64,000 nucleotides of DNA. Source: an uncultured Gammaproteobacteria bacterium (GTDB lineage: Bacteria; Patescibacteriota; Microgenomatia; Levybacterales; UBA12049). The notes below the pieces were generated by a model that saw nothing but the letters and a program-made list of their open reading frames with translations, searched no databases and was not told where the DNA came from. The first letter of the stretch is position 1. The number at the start of each line of letters is the position of its first letter. The stretch covers positions 423,674 to 487,673 of the forward strand of contig CAZNAA010000001.1 in NCBI GenBank assembly GCA_964571255.1, given 5' to 3'. The position numbers and the translations under genes are program-made. Below are positions 38,014-48,702 of the stretch, piece after piece.

Positions 38014-39089
38014 TAGGCTAAATTTTCAAATTTAGTACCTTTTAAACCTTCAACAAATTTTTTTATTTTAGGAACAGAGGTTTTAGGACAAACCAGTAAG
38101 ACATCTTCTGTATTAATAACTAAGAGCTCGTCTAAATCAAGACCAACTACTAATTTTTCTGGTTGATAGTTAAATACTAAGGTATCCCGTGAGTCCTGAA
38201 CGACGATATTTCCCTGTGTTACATTCTCTTCAACAGAATTACTTAATGCCTCTTTTAGAGCTTCCCAAGCTCCTACATCAGCCCATTCAATATCATCAAC
38301 AATGACTAACGCGTCAGATTTATCAATCCGCTCTGGAATAATGTTATCAAAATGAAGCTTTGGCATTTCTTTATAATAGGTATCCAACGCTTTTTGAATA
38401 TGTGGTGCATTTACGATTTTCTGAGCAATTGCATATACTTCAGGCTCATACTCTTTGGTTTTTTCTAAGACAAATTGGGGAGTTGTTGCAAAGTATCCTA
38501 AGTTCCAACAATAGTTACTATCTTTAAACCACTCCTGTGCAACTGGTCTAGTGGGACGATACTTAAATCCTGCAAATTCTCTAAAAATCACATCGTTTTT
38601 CTCCTCAACTGCAACTCCTGTATGGATCCATCCCAGGTTTTCAGAAGCAAATCGAGGTTTGTGTCCAATAAAAATCATTTTGTTTGGATCATTTTCTAAC
38701 CTTTTTCCAGCCTGAATAACAATATTTTTAAACTTTTTTTCATTTTTAATGATATGATCACTCCACAAAATAGCAACTGGTTCTAGAGGATGTTCTTTAG
38801 CTAGAAGTGCCATAGCATAAATAACCGCAGCTCCTACATCTCGCCTCTCAGGTTCTCCAATAATATTTTCTTTTGGGATTTTGGGGAGTTGTTCAATAAC
38901 AAGATCTACATATCTTTTCTCAGTCGCAATATAAATATCAGCATACTCAAATTCAGGGATAAGACGCTCAACTGCTAATTGAAGCATTGATTTGTCACCA
39001 ACTATTCTTTCAAATTGTTTTGGAGATTTCTCTCGAGAAAGAGGCCATAACCTACTTCCTACTCCTCCTGCAAAAATAACTACTCTCAT
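38013..39089 (-). CDS. Mannose-1-phosphate guanylyltransferase-like NDP-sugar pyrophosphorylase
   Basis: N-terminal G-loop VVIFAGGVGSRLWPLSREKSPKQF, ManC-like, 358 aa without a cupin isomerase domain. Confidence 0.7.
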   Translation of the reverse strand: MRVVIFAGGVGSRLWPLSREKSPKQFERIVGDKSMLQLAVERLIPEFEYADIYIATEKRYVDLVIEQLPKIPKENIIGEPERRDVGAAVIYAMALLAKEHPLEPVAILWSDHIIKNEKKFKNIVIQAGKRLENDPNKMIFIGHKPRFASENLGWIHTGVAVEEKNDVIFREFAGFKYRPTRPVAQEWFKDSNYCWNLGYFATTPQFVLEKTKEYEPEVYAIAQKIVNAPHIQKALDTYYKEMPKLHFDNIIPERIDKSDALVIVDDIEWADVGAWEALKEALSNSVEENVTQGNIVVQDSRDTLVFNYQPEKLVVGLDLDELLVINTEDVLLVCPKTSVPKIKKFVEGLKGTKFENLA

Positions 39090-40171
39090 ATATGTTTTTT
39101 TACTAAATTTTCAACTGTTGTTTTAAACTCTTCAAGAAATCTTCTTTCACTAAACTTTTCTGCATTCTTTTCTAACACTTTTGGATCATAAGTGAAAGTA
39201 TCGAATTTCTTAAGCGCATCAACTAAGCACGAAACCGTTTGCTTATCAAAAAACATTCCTGTTTTCCCTTCAACAATAGTTTCCAATGCTCCTCCTCCTC
39301 TGAAAGCTAAGACAGGTTTTCCAAGAAGCTGTGCTTCAAGGATGGTTATACCAAAATCTTCACTCCCCGGGAAAAGAAATCCCTTGCACTGTCTATAGTA
39401 CCCAACTACCTCTTCATCAGTCAAGTTACCTAGAAATTCTATGGTAGGTCCACTCATCCCTTTTAGCCTCTTTTCATCACTCCCACTTCCAATTATCTTT
39501 AAAGAAAATCCTAATTTATTGCACGCTTTTATAGCTAAATCGACCCGTTTATACGGAACAAGACGAGAAACAATTAGGTAATAGCCTTTTTCTTGAGGAA
39601 GAGGTGAGAGAGCACTCTTTGGTAATTCTACTGGTGGATAGATTAAAAGAGAATCTTGGTTGTAATACTCTTTTATTCTTTTCTGGACTTCTTTAGAAAT
39701 AGCAATATAAGAATGTGGCCTCGTCGAGGCAATCTTATCCCACCAACGCAAATAAGACACTGCTGGACTAAGAAGCATCCTTACTACTTTTTTGGGGAAG
39801 TATTCTTCATACCCACTCCATAAATATCTTGTTGGGGTAAGACAATAACAGAGATGGATGGTATTGGGCTTTGTAAGAATTCCTTTCCCTGCTTCACTCG
39901 TAATTGAAATAACAACATCATACTCATCAAAAGAAAAACTTTCAAAGACAATTGGCATAAGAGGAGCAAGTTTCTCATGAGAAGTTTTGGTGAAAGGAAG
40001 TTTTTGCAAAAAAGATGGAAAAACGATAAATACGTTGGCCCACGAAGCACTTTGGGGATTATACACTGAGGTAAAAAGAGGAGCATCAGGAAAAAGTTTA
40101 TGAAGGGAAAGCAGGACCCTTTCAGCCCCTCCGAATTTATTTACCCTATCATAGACTAGCGCAACTTTCAT
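39086..40171 (-). CDS. GT4-family glycosyltransferase
   Basis: GT-B fold with C-terminal EDFGITILEAQLLGKPVLAFRGGGALE (E-x7-E region). Confidence 0.7.
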   Translation of the reverse strand: MKVALVYDRVNKFGGAERVLLSLHKLFPDAPLFTSVYNPQSASWANVFIVFPSFLQKLPFTKTSHEKLAPLMPIVFESFSFDEYDVVISITSEAGKGILTKPNTIHLCYCLTPTRYLWSGYEEYFPKKVVRMLLSPAVSYLRWWDKIASTRPHSYIAISKEVQKRIKEYYNQDSLLIYPPVELPKSALSPLPQEKGYYLIVSRLVPYKRVDLAIKACNKLGFSLKIIGSGSDEKRLKGMSGPTIEFLGNLTDEEVVGYYRQCKGFLFPGSEDFGITILEAQLLGKPVLAFRGGGALETIVEGKTGMFFDKQTVSCLVDALKKFDTFTYDPKVLEKNAEKFSERRFLEEFKTTVENLVKKHI

Positions 40172-41261
40172 ATGCTTCTTTTGTCAAACGTGCCATCTCC
40201 TTCCAAGAAAAAAGAGAAAGTCTTTTCTTTCCTTTCTCTTTATAGTTATTTTTTTCTTTAGAAGAAAGTGAGTTCCATTCTAGCATAGTCTTAGTTATTT
40301 CTTTCGGATTATTCGGTTCAAAATACAGTGCTCCGTCCGCAATTACTTCTTTAAAGGCAGTAATATGTGAAAGCAAAGGAACTGTTCCATTCGCAATAGC
40401 TTCAAGTGGAGGAAGACCAAAACCTTCTTGAATAGATGAAGAGATATAGGCATCAGCACTTTTATACAAAGAAGATAGATCTGTATCAGTTACTTCATGG
40501 AGAAAATGAATATCTTTTCTTTTGTACTGAGATTCTTTTTGAAGTTGGGTATAGAAAAAATCTTCCTTCCCAACGAGTACTAAAGAGTTTTTTCCTTTTT
40601 GCTTTTTATATTGGAGAAATGCTTCTAAAAGAGTTTCTAAATTTTTATGTGGATACGCATTTCCCACATATAAGAAAAAAGAGCCATATTTACTTATTTT
40701 TTCCTGGCCCTTCGTAACAGAGAAGTCCACACCTTCTTTAGTCACTATAATTTTTTCGTTTTTTAAGGAAAAAGTATTTACAAGATCATCTTTTACACAC
40801 TGAAGTGGAACAAGTATTTTTTCAGATCTTTTCAAACCATGTCTTAATACTCTACCAAAGAAGAATCTTTTCACCTTATACATGGGAAGGGGAAGAGTTG
40901 AAGCTTTTCCTGTATCAAAATGATGAATAATCAAATCGTGGATGGTTATAATAAAAGGTTTGCGATACAAAACAGGAAGTGAAAAATAAGGAAAGTGCAT
41001 AATATCAAGTGGATGAAGATACAGATCATTGAGAAACTGCGTTTGTTCAGAAAGTGAGTGCCAGTGAGATGAAACAGGAATGACTCTCCATTTGTGTTTC
41101 CGAGAGGTTATGACTTTCTCAATTGCTTCTTTGTCTTTTGGAAGAGAAAAAAGGTAATATTCATTTTCTAAATCAATTCGAGTTAATTCTGTAATTAAAT
41201 TTCGAATATATCTTCCAACCCCCGTCTCACTCCATAACCTAGTATCAATTCCAATTTTCAT
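40149..41261 (-). CDS. GT4-family glycosyltransferase
   Basis: N-terminal KIGIDTRLWSETGVGRY, C-terminal QEGFGLPPLEAIANGTVP. Confidence 0.7.
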   Translation of the reverse strand: MKIGIDTRLWSETGVGRYIRNLITELTRIDLENEYYLFSLPKDKEAIEKVITSRKHKWRVIPVSSHWHSLSEQTQFLNDLYLHPLDIMHFPYFSLPVLYRKPFIITIHDLIIHHFDTGKASTLPLPMYKVKRFFFGRVLRHGLKRSEKILVPLQCVKDDLVNTFSLKNEKIIVTKEGVDFSVTKGQEKISKYGSFFLYVGNAYPHKNLETLLEAFLQYKKQKGKNSLVLVGKEDFFYTQLQKESQYKRKDIHFLHEVTDTDLSSLYKSADAYISSSIQEGFGLPPLEAIANGTVPLLSHITAFKEVIADGALYFEPNNPKEITKTMLEWNSLSSKEKNNYKEKGKKRLSLFSWKEMARLTKEAYESCASL

Positions 41262-41300
41262 ATAGCTAGTATAGCAAGATCGTATTATAATGTCTCACAT

Positions 41301-42137
41301 ATGTCAGGTCGTCAAGAAGTTTTTTCCGATCAAGATATTACTGATACCATTAATGGTATCGCTGATTGGCTTCGTAATCCAAAAGAGTATGATGCTAAAA
41401 AAGATAAAGAGGAAGCAATACGAGTTGCACAAGAATTAATAATACCTCATCCAATATCTCCAGATATTGTTAACTGTTTGGATTTATCAGCTGCAAACTT
41501 TACTCACTTACTTGAGGGACTTCTACCACCTAACGAGATAGCAAAGGAGACAAGAAGAAGCCTTGAGCTTGTTGTTGTATCTCCTCTGTTCTCTTATATA
41601 ATTACAGAACTAATAAAATATAACGGAAAAATCCGCAAATACATCCCTGCAGATGAACTCCAAAGACGCGTCCTACAAGAATGCCTAGACCATATCCAGT
41701 TACTATTAGGAAAAGTAGGGAAAGGCGTAAAAGAGATAGAGGCAAGATCAGGTCTTCCTGTTCCTATACCACTTTTACAGGTCTCTCTAGTAAGCCCCAA
41801 TATAAGTGTTTCCCAACGATATATAGCCACAACTACAGGAAGTGGAGATTTAAAAGGAACACAATTTACTGCTATCCACACATTAGCAGCAAGAACAGCT
41901 ATTCTCCCTCTCTTAGGATTTGAGCTGGACCAAAATAACCAACTCCTGCAGCAGCCAGCTGATATGAAAAATTTAGTAGGGAGAGGACGTCAAGTAGAAA
42001 CAGTTTATGTAAGTAACAAAATTCCTACTATCTCTTTTCGAACTTCTAGAAGTTATGTGGGGATCAAAGAAGTTCCTTCTCAACTATGTAGTATCAATGA
42101 ACGACTAACTTTTATTCCTCCACCTTTTACCGCTTAG
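41301..42137 (+). CDS. Hypothetical protein (only plus-strand gene inside the minus-strand glycan cluster)
   Basis: 278-aa ORF with no TM segment or signal peptide and no recognisable motifs. Confidence 0.3.
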   Translation: MSGRQEVFSDQDITDTINGIADWLRNPKEYDAKKDKEEAIRVAQELIIPHPISPDIVNCLDLSAANFTHLLEGLLPPNEIAKETRRSLELVVVSPLFSYIITELIKYNGKIRKYIPADELQRRVLQECLDHIQLLLGKVGKGVKEIEARSGLPVPIPLLQVSLVSPNISVSQRYIATTTGSGDLKGTQFTAIHTLAARTAILPLLGFELDQNNQLLQQPADMKNLVGRGRQVETVYVSNKIPTISFRTSRSYVGIKEVPSQLCSINERLTFIPPPFTA

Positions 42138-43051
42138 CGATATTTCCGAAGTGTCAAATACTCTTTAGAAGAAATTCCTAATAAAACTAACTGAGTTATA
42201 AAAGAAGGGTATGTTGTTTTATAATGTTTTTCATAAAAAATCCTCATTGCCTTAAATCTTTGCTGCGTCACAAATCGTTTTCTCTCTTTATTTGCCGTTG
42301 TGATTCCAGCAGTTACCTCCTTTGTTCCTCCGGCTACTCCGTTGTAGTGAAGAATGGAAACTTCGGGAACATAATAAATTTTCCAATCTTTATTCCTTAA
42401 CTCATAACAAAAATCAATATCTTCTCCGTTAAAAAAGTAATCCTCATCCCACCATTTCACTTGCTCCCCTGCTTCCCATCTCACTAACATAAATGCACCT
42501 GCTAAACAATCAATTTCATGAGTTTTGGTTAAATCTTTCCATCCTTGAGTATAACCACTAAATAATCTAGTAGTAGGAAATTTTTTCGTAAGACCTGAGA
42601 AGAAACAAAAAGCATTCCAAGGAGAAGGAAAACCTCGATGACTTGCATAATCAATTTGTCCATTAAGCATTTCTAATTTACACGTTGATGCTCCTGCATC
42701 TGGATGCTCATTCATAAATTTGATCATGTATTCAATTGTTTTTTCCCTGGTAATGGTGTCAGGGTTTAAGAATAAAACGTATTTTCCTTTTGCTTTTTTT
42801 ACTCCTACATTATTGCCTTTAGAAAAGCCTAAATTTGCTTTGTTTTCAATGAGAATAAGAGTAGCATTTTTCTGTTTTAATCCTTTTTGTAACTGTTTTA
42901 CTTCCTCAATCGATCCATCTTGAGAATCATTATCTGAAACAATAATTTCATACTGTAGTGATTCAGGAACTGTTTTGAGTACTGATTCAATTGCTTCTTT
43001 TAGAAAGTTTTTTGTATTATACGAAACGATAATAATGGATAAATCTAACAT
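42134..43051 (-). CDS. GT2-family glycosyltransferase
   Basis: LSIIIVSYNTKNFLKEAIESV...SDNDSQD...FLNPDT (GT-A, DxD). Confidence 0.75.
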   Translation of the reverse strand: MLDLSIIIVSYNTKNFLKEAIESVLKTVPESLQYEIIVSDNDSQDGSIEEVKQLQKGLKQKNATLILIENKANLGFSKGNNVGVKKAKGKYVLFLNPDTITREKTIEYMIKFMNEHPDAGASTCKLEMLNGQIDYASHRGFPSPWNAFCFFSGLTKKFPTTRLFSGYTQGWKDLTKTHEIDCLAGAFMLVRWEAGEQVKWWDEDYFFNGEDIDFCYELRNKDWKIYYVPEVSILHYNGVAGGTKEVTAGITTANKERKRFVTQQRFKAMRIFYEKHYKTTYPSFITQLVLLGISSKEYLTLRKYR

Positions 43052-43053
43052 AC

Positions 43054-44232
43054 TTATTTTATAGCACTAACATACACAGATTCTAACTTTTTCACAATAC
43101 TTTTCCAATCATACGTATCTTCAATAAGTTTTCGAGCCTTTTTTTGTATCTTTGTATATAAAGCTCTATCTCCTGTTATTTCTTGAACTAATCTCGCAAG
43201 TTCTTTTGATGTATCTCCAATAAGTACTTCTTCCTTGTGATGAGCATCAATTCCTTCAATCCCAAGTGCAGTCGTTACTACGGGTAGACCACTTGCCATA
43301 GCTTCAAGTACTTTAAATTTAGTTCCCCCTCCAACACGGATTGGAGCAAGAAGAACATGTGCTTCTTGAAATGCTTTGGCTGCATCTTCAACGTGTTCAT
43401 CAAAAATAATTGACGTGTCTTTACTTAAATTCTTAATTTGTTGAGGAATTTCTTTTCCTACTATCCAAAGCGTAAGTGAATCTCCCTCTTTTCCTTCTTT
43501 TATCTTTGGCCAGATCTGAGTAATGATTTGATTTACTGCATCTTGGTTGGCAATCCATTTGAAACTACCAATAAACAGTACCTTTTTGGATCTTTTCTTT
43601 TCAGAAAAAGCAAAATTAGTAATATCAACGCCATTAGGAACTAGTGCTACATCGTTTCGTTTCATCTTTTTTTGCTCAATCCCTGATACTGCAACCAACT
43701 TAGTAGCTTTCTTCCAGAATTTTTCCTCCCAATATTTTATTTTCGCAATATCAAAATAAAGAAGAGGAAGTAATCCTACTAAGATACGAGGAAGTGTCTG
43801 GATGTACCGCTGGTATACCAGGTACTCAATATTATGTTCAACTAGAACTGTCGGAAGGAGAGTATTGGGTAAATTATGCATAATATAAAATGTTTCTACA
43901 TGAATAAGATCATATGTCTCTTTACTCAAAAGCTCTGAAATTTTCCTTTTCATTTCAGGATGAAAATGTCCAGTAAGTAAAAATGGATACCAAGTAAAAG
44001 CAGTTTTGAAAATATTAGCAGATGACCACTGTTTTTTTCTATCCACTGTATAGACTTCGTTACAAATCTTTTTCAGCTCAGCAATATCTTTCTCTGATTG
44101 ATGATGACGCCTCTCACAAACAAGAGTAACAGTATGAGTACGACTCAACTCTTTAATGATGTTATACAAGCGTACATCTCCTCCTGAGTACAAAGGAAAA
44201 GGGAGAAAAGATGATACAAGTAGGATGTTCAT
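43054..44232 (-). CDS. GT4-family glycosyltransferase
   Basis: C-terminal GGGTKFKVLEAMASGLPVVTT; 392 aa. Confidence 0.7.
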   Translation of the reverse strand: MNILLVSSFLPFPLYSGGDVRLYNIIKELSRTHTVTLVCERRHHQSEKDIAELKKICNEVYTVDRKKQWSSANIFKTAFTWYPFLLTGHFHPEMKRKISELLSKETYDLIHVETFYIMHNLPNTLLPTVLVEHNIEYLVYQRYIQTLPRILVGLLPLLYFDIAKIKYWEEKFWKKATKLVAVSGIEQKKMKRNDVALVPNGVDITNFAFSEKKRSKKVLFIGSFKWIANQDAVNQIITQIWPKIKEGKEGDSLTLWIVGKEIPQQIKNLSKDTSIIFDEHVEDAAKAFQEAHVLLAPIRVGGGTKFKVLEAMASGLPVVTTALGIEGIDAHHKEEVLIGDTSKELARLVQEITGDRALYTKIQKKARKLIEDTYDWKSIVKKLESVYVSAIK

Positions 44233-45743
44233 TTTTTAAGAGAAAAAAGAAGATATGCAGGTGATTCACTAATTAAAGGATATTCACTACTTATCCCTTT
44301 ATCTTCTGGCTTCGGATAGAGAATAACAAAATAATCTGCACCCATCAAGGCAAGTTCAGGAAGGCTTTTGGACATACTTGCCCACCCTTTCCTATTCATA
44401 GCATAAAGAAAGGTTGTATCTCCATCTCTGTTAGTAACAACTGTTGCATCTTTAGGAAGGGTTTTATCAAGTTCTTTTCCAACTGCCACAAGTGTTGGAT
44501 CATATTTATAAAACTCTCGCACTTGATACCAGGTAAATGCTAACATGAGAAGCATAATAAGGCCTAACACTCCCCGGGAAACCCACGGATGAAAAAGTCC
44601 TTTGACAGGCATAAAGAGAAGTCTTGCTCCTAACCCTGTAAAAATTGCAAGGGATGGAATAATAGGGATTTGATAATAATCATGTTGAACATTTCCCCGA
44701 GCCACTACAACTAGATAAATAAGAGTAGATGCCAAAAAGGAATAAAAAAGTCCCCGATGAGTTGGTCCTTTTTTCTCTCCAAATTGCACGAGACTGTTAT
44801 AAAGAATACCAAGTATTAATAGTGCCACTCCATAATAGCCAAGAATTAACTTTCCAATTCTTTCAGCAAAAATCCAGTGAAAATATGCTCCTGTGAAACG
44901 AATATTGCCTCCGTTAAATAACCAATTACTCACAGGAATTCCTTCTGGAAATTGGGTAATCCATATTCTCCAAAGAAGCAAAGGCAGGACTGCCAATACA
45001 GCATAGAGATATAACTCCCATCGTTTAAATACTTTCACTCCATATGTACTAAATGATAGATAAACAATTGGGAGATAGAAAAAAAGAGCAAAGGGTTTAA
45101 AGAGTAAACTCTCTATCGCAAAAACAAGAGAGCAAAGAAAAAAAAGAACTTTCTTTTTTCCACTCGCTGAAAGATATCCATCAAAAAAGTATATTGCCAT
45201 AATAACAGCAGCTATCATATGAGGATCAGGAAGGACTACTCTACCGTAATACACAGCAAATGGTAAAACTGCGTAGACTCCAGCAACCATGAGCCCTGTC
45301 AAATCATCAGTATATTTTCTTACCAGAAGAAAAAGAAAGGTAACTGTTAATAAACTCGCTCCTACTGCCCACAATCTTCCCCACATCTCAAGTGTAATAA
45401 ATGGGAAAATAATAAATGCTAAGGCATGAGGAAGATTAAAAAGTGGAAATTCAACAAATCTATTTCCTTCAGGATTATCTAGTCCTGCTGGAACATTTGA
45501 TAAGTCATCAAATTTTGGATGAAGAAGATCAAACTCTCCTTGAACTAAATTTCGAGAAACTGCTGAGGTATCTACTTGACGCCAACTATGCCAATCAGCA
45601 AGAGGAGATTGAATGTGGTAAAGACGTAATAGCCCAGTGAGGATAAAAGCACCGATAAAAAATATCAGAGTAGTTTTCTTCATATTAATTTCTTTCTGCT
45701 TCGTAAAGAGAGTAAGACTCATCAAAAAGAAGAATACGGGCAT
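44229..45743 (-). CDS. GT-C superfamily polytopic glycosyltransferase (ArnT/PMT-like)
   Basis: 504 aa with >=10 TM segments, and a first extracytoplasmic loop WHSWRQVDTSAVSRN that resembles the acidic loop of GT39/GT83 enzymes. Confidence 0.5.
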   Translation of the reverse strand: MPVFFFLMSLTLFTKQKEINMKKTTLIFFIGAFILTGLLRLYHIQSPLADWHSWRQVDTSAVSRNLVQGEFDLLHPKFDDLSNVPAGLDNPEGNRFVEFPLFNLPHALAFIIFPFITLEMWGRLWAVGASLLTVTFLFLLVRKYTDDLTGLMVAGVYAVLPFAVYYGRVVLPDPHMIAAVIMAIYFFDGYLSASGKKKVLFFLCSLVFAIESLLFKPFALFFYLPIVYLSFSTYGVKVFKRWELYLYAVLAVLPLLLWRIWITQFPEGIPVSNWLFNGGNIRFTGAYFHWIFAERIGKLILGYYGVALLILGILYNSLVQFGEKKGPTHRGLFYSFLASTLIYLVVVARGNVQHDYYQIPIIPSLAIFTGLGARLLFMPVKGLFHPWVSRGVLGLIMLLMLAFTWYQVREFYKYDPTLVAVGKELDKTLPKDATVVTNRDGDTTFLYAMNRKGWASMSKSLPELALMGADYFVILYPKPEDKGISSEYPLISESPAYLLFSLKK

Positions 45744-48702
45744 TAGGGATATTGTCTGATTCTTTAACTGCAGCTTCTAGTGTTGACATTAATCGCACTG
45801 AAGGTGGATTATTTTGGAATGCTAACCACATCCCGTCTGCCAATCCAGTTGGGAAAACCCATGCATGTTTATATTTGGTTGGAGTATTTACAAAATAAAA
45901 GGTGGTATTTGCCGGTTTCCCACTCAACTGGTAAAGCTCACTCGTTGTTGAGACTGTTCTATCTGAAATTTGACCTGCAACATGCCACTCACCATTTAAC
46001 TTTTGGATTTGTGACAGATGATACGATGTGAAACCTAAAATAAATAATCCAAAGATCACAGTTAACCCTTTCTTTTTCTTGGAAATAAATCCTTCATATA
46101 AAAGACTGATCATTGCTCCGAGTAACCCAGCTGTTGCTAAATAGGAATATCTTTCTGCAATATTCCCTAATCCTAAGAAAGGAAGAAGGGGAATAAGAAA
46201 CAGTAAGAGACTAAAGAACACAATATACTTTGTTTCTTTGGTGATATTTCGATATATCAAGACCCCAAGCCAGATACCTATAGGAAGAATAACAAGAGTG
46301 ATAATACCACTGAGTAATAGATCAGTTTTAAACGAGAGACGAAGGGTATTATACAAAGGTAAAGACTCCACTCCTCCTAAAATAAGCCCAAGATACCCAA
46401 GAAGGTTTCCAAACACATTAAACGGGAGTTTCAAAAGGTTATAAGAGTAATCTCCGTGAGGTTGGAAGCTTTGAGCAAGAGTCCTCGCTGTTAGATAAAG
46501 AGGGATTTGAAGCAAGAATAATAAGGAAAGTTTTTCTTTCCATACTCTCCCTTTGGTCTGAATAAGTTCATACCCAATAATAAGTAACGGAGCTACAATT
46601 CCCATTTCTTGAAAAAGAGGAGCGACTAAGACGTGAGCAAGTGATAGAAGAAGGAGTAAAATATTTTTTTGTTCTTTCCATAAGAGATAAAAGACTAATC
46701 CTCCTAAGATAAAATATGACGAGGCAATATGCCCAATCGATGAAATCCAAAAGATCGCTTCATGATATCCGCTTGCAGCCACAAAACTTAATCCAATAAT
46801 AAATGAAAGCAGTTTGTTTTTGGTTACTAAATAGAAAGTCATAAAAACAGCAATAACAGTTGCAATATGGAAAACAAGAGAAGCTAGGTGATAAGAGAAA
46901 GGGTTAAGTGTTCCAAAAGAATACAGAATTGAGATCAGGACTTTTGTTCCTGGTCGATAGAAAAACCCAGCAGAATCCGTAAAGTATCTCACAATACTTT
47001 GTTGAAACGTTTCACAGACACTCACACCCCCCACCATGACTTTTTGACACTCTGCTGCCCATCTGATCCAGGTATAGTCATCTCCAATAAAAAAGTTCCC
47101 CATAATAACAGACCAAATACCAATAGTCAGTGCTCCTAGATAGAGAGCTAAAGCAATAGGAGAAAATAAAGCATTTTTTACTTCTTTAAAAACCGAGAAG
47201 GCTTGCTTTTGATAGAGTGACAAAACACCAACTGCACATCCTATTAATAACCACTGGGTATAGGCAACTTTTGATGCTTCAAAGACATCAATAAGAGTTG
47301 CATTCATTAAAATGCCAAAGACTCCCGCTGTTACTCCTAAGACAAAACTGCGAGATAATGGATCATCTACATCAGGAATAATTTTTCTGACATATAAAAA
47401 GAAAGTAAGGAAAATAAGTAGGAAAGATGCAAACCCAAAAAGCCCCACTTCCCCAAGTAAGCGCAGATAATCTCCATCTGTTGCTAAACTAATGGAGGAG
47501 TATCCACTCCCAAGAAGAATATTACGTTTAAAAGCATCAATAGCTCGTGGCCATTCTCCTTGGAAACGAGTAGTCCAAGATACATCAAATGCATATCCTT
47601 TCTTGGTTCCAAACTCTCCTCGCAATTCATCTGTTATTACTTTTCCATCAGCAGTAAGTCGTTTCACAGTAATTTTATTTGGCCCTTTCTGAATTTCTCC
47701 AGGAACATTGATATACCCTGAACCTCGAGGGAGGTTTTCTCCAGTTGAGAGAGTATCTTCAATTACCAGCTCTTTTCCTGTTTCATCAGGTTTTGCTGTC
47801 CCTATAACTTTTCCAGTTCTTGCATCTACAATCTGATCAACCTGTGTAATAGTTCCTGCAAAACGCTCCATAAACCCATTGAAAGGAACAGCAATAAGAA
47901 GACTAATGATTAATACCGGTAACACTAACCATTTTTTGTTTTGAATAAACAACATAAAAGAAATAGTTAAAAGATATACGGCAAAAGACACCCGAGATTC
48001 TGTGAGAAGAAGAAGGCAAAGTCCTAAGGCTGCTAAAACTATATGAAAAATCTTCCACCCCCACTTTTTTACTCCAAAAGAGATACTTCCAATAAGAGGA
48101 ATTATAAGGACTAAATAAGCTGCTAAATCATAATGTCCTGCAAAAGTAGAGGGAATTCGAGCAAGAGGAGAAAGTCTTAGAGGAATTCCTTTTGAAAACT
48201 CCTCATTCATAGTTGAGAAAGCATAAAAATACTCAGGCCTAATTTTTTGTCCAAACCCATAAAAAATAACTAGACCAAGAGTAACAATAACTGAAATAAT
48301 AACGGGTCTTATATACTCTTTCTTCCTTAAGGCAGAAAAGGCAATAAAAAAGAGCATGAGGTATTCAATGCGTCTGGCAAAATGCAACACTGCTAAACTC
48401 CAGGACACATTAGAAAGAGAAGGGAAAATAAGAAAAATAGCATAGAGAGTAGAAAGAGCACCAACCACCCAAAAAAGAATAATAGGAAGACTTAAAGGAG
48501 CTGAAAAGTTCACTTTTTTTCTTAAAAACTGAATACCCCACAAAAGTCCCACTAAAAGAATCACATAATCTTCAAGCCTAATATTTACCCACGTCCCAAC
48601 AATATCTTGTAAAGGAAGTTTTGGATACAAAGGAATAAAAACAATAAGAAAAATGGTAGAGAAAATGAGGCTATTGTCTAATATTTTATGCAACAGTTTC
48701 AT
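45685..48702 (-). CDS. 1005-aa polytopic fusion: O-antigen-ligase-like (Wzy_C) domain plus a second GT-C-like membrane domain
   Basis: The N-terminal ~450 aa has ~10 TM segments and an extracytoplasmic loop with ILLGSGYSS...DGDYLRLLGEVGLFGF (Wzy_C-like). The C-terminal ~500 aa is a second multi-TM module. Confidence 0.45.
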   Translation of the reverse strand: MKLLHKILDNSLIFSTIFLIVFIPLYPKLPLQDIVGTWVNIRLEDYVILLVGLLWGIQFLRKKVNFSAPLSLPIILFWVVGALSTLYAIFLIFPSLSNVSWSLAVLHFARRIEYLMLFFIAFSALRKKEYIRPVIISVIVTLGLVIFYGFGQKIRPEYFYAFSTMNEEFSKGIPLRLSPLARIPSTFAGHYDLAAYLVLIIPLIGSISFGVKKWGWKIFHIVLAALGLCLLLLTESRVSFAVYLLTISFMLFIQNKKWLVLPVLIISLLIAVPFNGFMERFAGTITQVDQIVDARTGKVIGTAKPDETGKELVIEDTLSTGENLPRGSGYINVPGEIQKGPNKITVKRLTADGKVITDELRGEFGTKKGYAFDVSWTTRFQGEWPRAIDAFKRNILLGSGYSSISLATDGDYLRLLGEVGLFGFASFLLIFLTFFLYVRKIIPDVDDPLSRSFVLGVTAGVFGILMNATLIDVFEASKVAYTQWLLIGCAVGVLSLYQKQAFSVFKEVKNALFSPIALALYLGALTIGIWSVIMGNFFIGDDYTWIRWAAECQKVMVGGVSVCETFQQSIVRYFTDSAGFFYRPGTKVLISILYSFGTLNPFSYHLASLVFHIATVIAVFMTFYLVTKNKLLSFIIGLSFVAASGYHEAIFWISSIGHIASSYFILGGLVFYLLWKEQKNILLLLLSLAHVLVAPLFQEMGIVAPLLIIGYELIQTKGRVWKEKLSLLFLLQIPLYLTARTLAQSFQPHGDYSYNLLKLPFNVFGNLLGYLGLILGGVESLPLYNTLRLSFKTDLLLSGIITLVILPIGIWLGVLIYRNITKETKYIVFFSLLLFLIPLLPFLGLGNIAERYSYLATAGLLGAMISLLYEGFISKKKKGLTVIFGLFILGFTSYHLSQIQKLNGEWHVAGQISDRTVSTTSELYQLSGKPANTTFYFVNTPTKYKHAWVFPTGLADGMWLAFQNNPPSVRLMSTLEAAVKESDNIPNARILLFDESYSLYEAERN

